From: a candidate division WOR-1 bacterium RIFOXYB2_FULL_36_35
GTDB lineage: Bacteria > Margulisbacteria > WOR-1 > XYC2-FULL-46-14 > XYC2-FULL-37-10
Reading direction: 5' to 3'
Length of the DNA: 64,000 nt
Assembly: GCA_001771505.1 (NCBI GenBank)
Contig: MEUA01000023.1
Coordinates: 2,346-66,345, forward strand
In this document: positions 58,374-64,000 of the stretch, one piece after another
How the letters are laid out: every line of letters starts with the position of its first letter
How positions within the stretch are numbered: position 1 is the first letter of the stretch
Translations under genes and position numbers: made by a program
Notes under the pieces: generated by a model
The model's database searches: none
What the model saw: the letters and a program-made list of their open reading frames with translations, nothing else
What the model was told of the DNA's origin: nothing

Positions 58374-59645
58374 TTATCCAAGCATTTGCCTTTTTCTTCT
58401 TGATACAGGAGGTAAAATAAAATCAACAACATCATCAACTGTTACAATTCCTAACATTTTATTGCTATCGTCAACAACCGGAACAGCTAATAAATTATAT
58501 TTAGAAATTACGTGTGCCACTTCTCGTGCATCCGTTTCCGCTTTTGTTGTAATTGGGGTTTTAATCATGATTGTTGAAATTATTACATCTGAAGCATTTA
58601 TAATTAAACTGCGAAGGCTTAAAACACCAATTAACTTTTCATCATTGTCTACAACATATAAATAATAAATAGTTTCAGCTGAAGGACCTTTATCTCTTAA
58701 GTAATTTATAGTCTCTTCCACAGTATAAGTTTGAGGCAAAGCGATAAATTCAGTAGTCATAAGCCCTCCAGCTGTTTCATCCCCATGCCTTAAAAGTTTC
58801 CTTATTTCCAAGGATTTTTTAGGTTTTATAAGCCTTAAGAACTCTTCACATTTTTCAGAAGAGACATCACCTAGTATATCCGCAGCTTCATCTATAGGCA
58901 TTTTTTCAAGTATTCTTAAAGCCTTCTTGGTATCTATTGTTTGCACTATCATAGCTCCAATGTGAGGTTCAAGCTCATGCAAAGATTCGGAAGCTGTTTG
59001 TTCATCTAAAGAATCAAATATAGCGGTCTTTTCGGCAGAATGCACCTGGCTTATTATTTGCGCTATATCCGCAGGATGAAGTTCTGCTGTTCTGTGATGA
59101 GGAATTGTAATTAATCCTTTAGAAGTTCCGGTTTTTAATGATTCAACATGATCCCAACCTATCAAATTTTCCGAAAGTTTTTTGCCGAAAATCGTAAATA
59201 CCCAGGATATAAATTTTTCCAGTCCAATCCTTCTAAAAAAACCTGAAAACCCTATATCAGCGGCAATAAGCCTGATATCTTGTTGAACCAAAGCAAGCTT
59301 AAGGTCATTCACCCTAATTACTCGAGCGCCATCTATATCTACAATTTGTTTATCTACCACATTTTCAAACAATTTAACTTCCTCGGGCCTATGTGAAGTA
59401 AAAGTTAAGCGATCTTTTACATATTTAGTTGCTACAAATTTTTTGCCTATAAGTTCAACTTCAGATAATAACAAAACAACTTCTTTGTTATCAATTTTCT
59501 TTTTAATTAAAAGGCTTATAACTCTGGGGAATTTATCTCCCAAAACAACAAAAACATCTTTTACCCCTCCGACAGGTTCCTGTAACCGATCGACAACAGG
59601 AATCCCTATTAATTCGGATAAATACATCTCTGTAAACAAAACCAT
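58374..59645 (-). CDS. Soluble PRC-barrel + MgtE-N + tandem CBS domain protein (MgtE cytoplasmic module without the membrane domain)
   Basis: MgtE-N-like helical region followed by a CBS pair ('LLAVPVVDDSNKMLGIVTVDDVVDFI'); no TM helices; 4 nt from the NRAMP-related gene. Confidence 0.7.
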   Translation of the reverse strand: MVLFTEMYLSELIGIPVVDRLQEPVGGVKDVFVVLGDKFPRVISLLIKKKIDNKEVVLLLSEVELIGKKFVATKYVKDRLTFTSHRPEEVKLFENVVDKQIVDIDGARVIRVNDLKLALVQQDIRLIAADIGFSGFFRRIGLEKFISWVFTIFGKKLSENLIGWDHVESLKTGTSKGLITIPHHRTAELHPADIAQIISQVHSAEKTAIFDSLDEQTASESLHELEPHIGAMIVQTIDTKKALRILEKMPIDEAADILGDVSSEKCEEFLRLIKPKKSLEIRKLLRHGDETAGGLMTTEFIALPQTYTVEETINYLRDKGPSAETIYYLYVVDNDEKLIGVLSLRSLIINASDVIISTIMIKTPITTKAETDAREVAHVISKYNLLAVPVVDDSNKMLGIVTVDDVVDFILPPVSRRKRQMLG

Positions 59646-59687
59646 GATAAAATTAATTATAACATATTTTAAAACATTAAAATTTAA

Positions 59688-59775
59688 CCCCGATTATTCA
59701 TAGACGAACAGAATTTTAGCAGAGTGTTGGAAATTTTCCCAGGTATGAACCCCGATTTTCTAATCGGGGTTCATA
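59688..59775 (-). repeat. Palindromic repeat element copy M, long subtype, reverse orientation
   Basis: Reverse complement matches copies A/B/H including CTAGAATTCTGTTCGTCTAT. Confidence 0.85.
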
Positions 59776-59805
59776 CTTAGATAAAGAAAAATCGGCTTTA
59801 TGGGA

Positions 59806-59847
59806 CTGTTGCAAAATGTTAAATTTCTGTGTGACATTTCGCAACAG
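59806..59847. repeat. Short hairpin copy of the CTGTTGCAAAATG/CATTTCGCAACAG inverted-repeat element (16-nt loop, no core insert)
   Basis: 12/13-bp stem; same arms as 45167..45307; 25 nt downstream of the porin-like gene stop. Confidence 0.6.
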
Positions 59848-59871
59848 GGCATTTATAGGTCTTCTGATGGT

Positions 59872-60840
59872 TTACCATTTTCCTATAAGTGATATTCTAT
59901 GTACATTTTCCATACTTAGAGACGTTTGGCCAACATACGCATAATCCAGTTGAGTGGTAAAATATTCATTGTTTTTTGCTGAAAATCCAATCCCGCCCGT
60001 AAAGGATGAGGTTTCCAGCCAGCCCATTCTTAGCGCTAAAAGATTATTTTTCCATTCATAACCAAACGACAGTTCTGCAGGATATTTTCGGGATATTTTC
60101 TGAGAAAGATCAAACGCAAAAATAGATCCTTCAGGTAAAATGTTTAAATTTTCTAAAGCTATTCCCAGTTTTAATTTGGGGATGCTTTTTTCTGTTGTGC
60201 CTGTCCCCCATTTTTGTTCGTTTAAAAGATCTTCTAGTGTAAAGCCTATTTTTCCTATATTTTTACTATCGCTTATTAATTTATAAAGAAGTCCGGGCGT
60301 TACAGAAAATCCAGTAGCTTGCCCCTGGTTTACCGATGTCATATCAGACGTTAAATACTTGGCTGTTAATCCAACGCCAAAGCTGTTTGTTAATGGCAAT
60401 CCGTAAGACAAAAGATAAACATTACTAAAATAGGAAAAAATATTGGTAGTTATCACTTCATTAAAGGCGTCAGTCGTCGTCGTTTGTGTAATATCTCCCA
60501 AAGAAATTTGTATCCATGAAAGGCCCAGCGCGCCTTTTAAAAAAGGTGTTACATAGCTTATATAATAGTGATCCGCATCTGTGGACATTCGTGTTTGCAT
60601 TGATTGTAATTCGCTTGTTGTAATAAACGATAATCCTGCCGGATTATAATAAGAGGCATCAGAGTTGTCAGAAATTGCAGTAAAAGCGCATCCCATCCCA
60701 AGAGGCCGTGCGCCGACTTTTGCCGACAACACATCGATGTCCACGCCTCCCACTTCCGCCACAGACCCAACCGTTAACAGTGTACAGTTTACAGTGTACA
60801 GTAAAAACAAAAAGACAAAATACTTTAAAAATAATTTCAT
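59872..60840 (-). CDS. PorV/PorQ-family-like (FadL-fold) outer-membrane beta-barrel, second paralog
   Basis: 'AKVGARPLGMGCAFTAISDNSDASYYNPAGL' N-terminal motif; C-terminal aromatic; directly downstream of the large CTD-bearing protein. Confidence 0.55.
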   Translation of the reverse strand: MKLFLKYFVFLFLLYTVNCTLLTVGSVAEVGGVDIDVLSAKVGARPLGMGCAFTAISDNSDASYYNPAGLSFITTSELQSMQTRMSTDADHYYISYVTPFLKGALGLSWIQISLGDITQTTTTDAFNEVITTNIFSYFSNVYLLSYGLPLTNSFGVGLTAKYLTSDMTSVNQGQATGFSVTPGLLYKLISDSKNIGKIGFTLEDLLNEQKWGTGTTEKSIPKLKLGIALENLNILPEGSIFAFDLSQKISRKYPAELSFGYEWKNNLLALRMGWLETSSFTGGIGFSAKNNEYFTTQLDYAYVGQTSLSMENVHRISLIGKW

Positions 60841-60960
60841 AAAACAAAACCCCTTTTTATGTTTACAGTTTACTGTTTACCGTGTACAGTAAAAACACAA
60901 ATACAAAAAAACTTGCAAACAAATTTTATTGATTTACTGTAAACTGTACACTCTCTTTAT

Positions 60961-63900
60961 TTACTTGAGCAGCGCAATTTTCCCTCTTCCCGACACTGAT
61001 TGACCATTTAAGGTTGCTAGTACTTCAAACGGATAAATCCCGTTTATAACCATATCTCCTCTTGCGTTGCGACCGTCCCAAGGAACATCATTATACTTTT
61101 GCCAAATATTTGAAGCTTCTCCATATGGCAATCCGTCTAGTTCGACAACAAGCCTGCCTGTAATATCATAAATTCTGATACAAACATCATCGACATCCTT
61201 TCCAAGTTTGTATCTAATTTTTGTGCTTTCTTTGTTAGGATTAAACGGATTTGGATAATTTGTAATACCAGCCAATGTTAATGGGGGATCAACTTCAAAA
61301 GACCGGATATCAGAAGAAGCTTCTGTTGTTGTATTGGAGTCTGACACAACTTTCCAATACCATATCCCGCGAGAAAGGCCCTCATCAAATTCATGAATAG
61401 AGTAAGCAATTATAGGATCAGAAGTATTAATAGGAGTAGCCTCTGTTTGCGTAATAATTTTATCAAACGATCTTGAAGATATTTCAAGCAGGTTTGGCAT
61501 TTGGCTTAAAATCAATTTATAATTTTTTCTCCCTTTAATCCCCTGCCATTTGAAAGTAGGGCGAAGGGTTGTAACTATTGCACCGTCGTCAGGCGCAAGT
61601 AGAATTGGCTTTGTATTTTGCGCCAAAGCTTCGATAGATGAGATGAGTTTTACGTTATTTAAAGATGATGCTGTTACTGTCCCGTTAACGGAAGCAAAGT
61701 TTGATGGGATTTTTTGGAAGTAGATTTGATTTGCTCCGCTTCTTGTATCTTGCCATGATATGTAAGCATTGTTATATTGATCAACACAAATTGCTGGATT
61801 ATATCCTGACTGTCCAATCAAAATGGATGGAGAATTATTTCTTTTATAATAAATATTACCATCGCTTGCCCAAACTGAATGTTGCCCTGATGAAGTTGGG
61901 CCTGTTGTATAAGAATCTACTGTCAGAGGGGATGATGTAGCAGCTTCTTCTATGTTATCTTCATATTCGGGAGGACAAGTTTTTTGATATTCAAACAATT
62001 TAAAATCACTATATTCAATTCCTAAAGAAGCATAAGAAGTAGCAGCACTAGAACTGTACGCATCTTTTATAGAAATATAAAAAGTGTATTCCCCCTTGCT
62101 TAAAGAAACAGTTTCGTTTAAATTGTAAGAAGAAGTAGTCATATCTCCTGTCTCCCAAATGTTATTGTATTGATTATAAGAATAGAAAACCCCATTCACT
62201 AGTGAATTATTTCCCTGAACAAAAGCATAAGAAAATGCTGCATAAAGATTTTTTTCATATACATTTATCCCAGCAGAATTTTTTATGATATACCAAACTT
62301 CTCCACATTGAGGGGGAACCATTCCTACCTCCAGATAACCACTCATATTTAATTTGATTTGCTGGTCAGAATCAATATAAACAGTTAAGCTTTTATCGAT
62401 AAAAAACTCAGAAAATGAAAGGTTAGAAAAACTTTCTGTTTTTGATTGAATATCATTTCCATTTATCCAACTTAAAATTAAATTATTTCCACTTATTGTT
62501 AGAGAAGGACTCTCTCCAACTTCAATATACTGATCATCCTGTAAACTTGTGTCACAAGTCGTATTGCTCGAAAAATTTCCTACACTATCACTTGCCGTTA
62601 TCTTTAAGCGATAATTTCCTTCGTTGACATAATCTCCCGCGTTATTCATTCCTGTCCAATTAATAGAATAACTTGGATAACTTCCTGAAACAGGTAAATC
62701 TTTTATGAGTGTCCCGTCTGTTGTCTTTTCGATCCGTGCCGTTACTGCACCTATTCCAGAACCACCGCTATTATTTACACTAAAGCTCAACGATAATGAA
62801 TTTAAATATGGATTAAAAGTTTTATCCTCTGGCGGCGTAATACTCGGCGCCGTAATATCCCTCCAATAGTCCTTTTGCGTTGATTGAATATTCCCCGCCT
62901 CATCCCATCCTTTTACATACAAGGTTCTCATTCCCTCCCCGGGATGAGAGGTAGTTCCTGTAGCCGAAGTATTGCATCCTGTTGAATCGTCTGTCGGCAT
63001 ACTATCCCAACTCCATTTAAAACCTTTATAGCTTAAATTATCTGCCAATGAAACTGTGATAGCATTGTTTCCACTATACCAAACGTCCGGGGCTTGCCCT
63101 CCAAATGAGATCGTAGGAGCAGTAACATCTCTTTTATAGACTCTCGACTCTTCATATTTATTACCCGCCCAATCCCATGCTTTAAGATAAAGAGTCCTTT
63201 CTCCCTCCCCTGGATGATTATTTGTCCCTGTGGTTGATAAAATACACTCTGACGTATCATCTGAGGGAGGTGTATCCCAATTCCATTTAAAACCTTTTAA
63301 ATTAATATCGCTCAAATTTATATTTATCGCATTGTTCCCTGTATACCAAGTATTAGCCGCCTGTCCGCTCCATAAAACATCAACATTATCTGTATCTAAA
63401 ATAACGAAAGAAGAATACTCACCATAATTCCCTGCATTATCAACAAATTGCACATAAACTCGCTTCTCTCCATCGCCCGCCGTCAAATTCCACGACTTGG
63501 TAGAAGCTAAACTCTCCCAGTTATTCCAATTTGTGCCATCATTACTAAATCTCATCGTGTCTTCTATTCCGCTTAACATATCCGAATAGGTTAATGCAAG
63601 CGTAACCGAAGAAGAATTAATGTAATACTTGCCGCTATTGTAATTGGCAGAAGAAAATGTAACTTCTCCTGAAGGCTCTGTCCTGTCAACAATCGCTTCT
63701 CCCGCTACCTCAACATAATTTTCTGCAACATCCTTCACGTAAATTTTATAGGTATATTTTCCATCCTTATCTATCCCCTGGTTGCTCCACACATTGCTGT
63801 AAGAAGCATTGGAGGGCAGAGTTGCTGTTGATTGCAAACTTCCTGTCGCAACCCCATCGTTTGAAATATCGATATCCACTTCAACTGTGTTTAGATTATC

Positions 63901-64000
63901 ATTCACTGAATATGAAAGAAGGGTAGAATCCTTCACCCCTGAACCGTCTGGAGAAAAATAATACTCGCTTAAAATATTTTCAGAAACAGAAGGGAGAGTG
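60961..64000 (-). CDS. Very large secreted multi-domain (Ig-like/adhesin-like) protein with T9SS type-A C-terminal sorting domain; N-terminus truncated by the window edge
   Basis: Frame stays open from the annotated GTG (63936) to position 64000; internally repeated ~90-aa modules ('GFKWNWD..PSDD..HPGEG.RTLY.K.WD.AGN'); C-terminus 'YPNPFNPNKESTKIRY...IRIYDITGRLVVEL...WDGRNARGDMVINGIY'. Confidence 0.75.
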   Translation of the reverse strand, partial: TLPSVSENILSEYYFSPDGSGVKDSTLLSYSVNDNLNTVEVDIDISNDGVATGSLQSTATLPSNASYSNVWSNQGIDKDGKYTYKIYVKDVAENYVEVAGEAIVDRTEPSGEVTFSSANYNSGKYYINSSSVTLALTYSDMLSGIEDTMRFSNDGTNWNNWESLASTKSWNLTAGDGEKRVYVQFVDNAGNYGEYSSFVILDTDNVDVLWSGQAANTWYTGNNAININLSDINLKGFKWNWDTPPSDDTSECILSTTGTNNHPGEGERTLYLKAWDWAGNKYEESRVYKRDVTAPTISFGGQAPDVWYSGNNAITVSLADNLSYKGFKWSWDSMPTDDSTGCNTSATGTTSHPGEGMRTLYVKGWDEAGNIQSTQKDYWRDITAPSITPPEDKTFNPYLNSLSLSFSVNNSGGSGIGAVTARIEKTTDGTLIKDLPVSGSYPSYSINWTGMNNAGDYVNEGNYRLKITASDSVGNFSSNTTCDTSLQDDQYIEVGESPSLTISGNNLILSWINGNDIQSKTESFSNLSFSEFFIDKSLTVYIDSDQQIKLNMSGYLEVGMVPPQCGEVWYIIKNSAGINVYEKNLYAAFSYAFVQGNNSLVNGVFYSYNQYNNIWETGDMTTSSYNLNETVSLSKGEYTFYISIKDAYSSSAATSYASLGIEYSDFKLFEYQKTCPPEYEDNIEEAATSSPLTVDSYTTGPTSSGQHSVWASDGNIYYKRNNSPSILIGQSGYNPAICVDQYNNAYISWQDTRSGANQIYFQKIPSNFASVNGTVTASSLNNVKLISSIEALAQNTKPILLAPDDGAIVTTLRPTFKWQGIKGRKNYKLILSQMPNLLEISSRSFDKIITQTEATPINTSDPIIAYSIHEFDEGLSRGIWYWKVVSDSNTTTEASSDIRSFEVDPPLTLAGITNYPNPFNPNKESTKIRYKLGKDVDDVCIRIYDITGRLVVELDGLPYGEASNIWQKYNDVPWDGRNARGDMVINGIYPFEVLATLNGQSVSGRGKIALLK

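Noticed and set aside
5284-59775. Whether the palindromic repeats form a CRISPR array or integron attC sites
   Set aside because: They are not regularly spaced and there are no equal-length unique spacers, so they are not a CRISPR array. They lack the R''/R' (RYYYAAC / GTTRRRY) cores of attC sites, occur in both orientations, and sit among housekeeping genes rather than in a co-oriented promoterless cassette array. No cas, intI or transposase gene is in the window.
63934-63936. GTG at 63934..63936 as the true start of the giant adhesin-like protein
   Set aside because: The reading frame remains open from this codon to position 64000 with no stop. The protein is therefore window-truncated, not initiated here.

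Overview
AT-rich (about one-third GC) bacterial chromosomal segment, gene-dense with about 60 CDS and one tRNA. The gene content looks Gram-negative: LPS heptose genes gmhA-hldE, LptC/LptA-like and LptD-like proteins, dprA, and two T9SS-type cargo proteins each followed by a PorV/PorQ-like outer-membrane barrel. I would guess an uncultivated FCB-superphylum-related lineage, but the sequence alone does not settle that.

Housekeeping core genes seen are recG, rpmB, alaS, dnaB, tmk, ruvX, mltG, purC, trxB, nadA, mnmA, tilS, tsaE/tsaB, the folate genes folE/folP/folK/fhs, and an iscS-iscU pair.

The most unusual feature is a very dense family of about 15 intergenic palindromic repeats with core hairpin AACCCCGATTAT(n2-6)TAATCGGGGTT. 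They occur as three architectural subtypes and sit mostly 8-50 nt upstream of start codons. Several of them bracket hypothetical-gene cassettes.

A second, rarer inverted-repeat hairpin family (CTGTTGCAAAATG / CATTTCGCAACAG) has two copies. One copy carries a 95-nt GC-rich, highly structured insert, which is a candidate ncRNA or miniature insertion.

Other accessory content includes an XRE-HTH + MNT/HEPN toxin-antitoxin-like mini-island, a tandemly duplicated paralogous gene pair of unknown function, a cell-surface polysaccharide pyruvylation module (wecG-marC-csaB-DUF5693-like), and an NRAMP-related transporter with altered metal-site residues directly coupled to a soluble MgtE-N/CBS protein.
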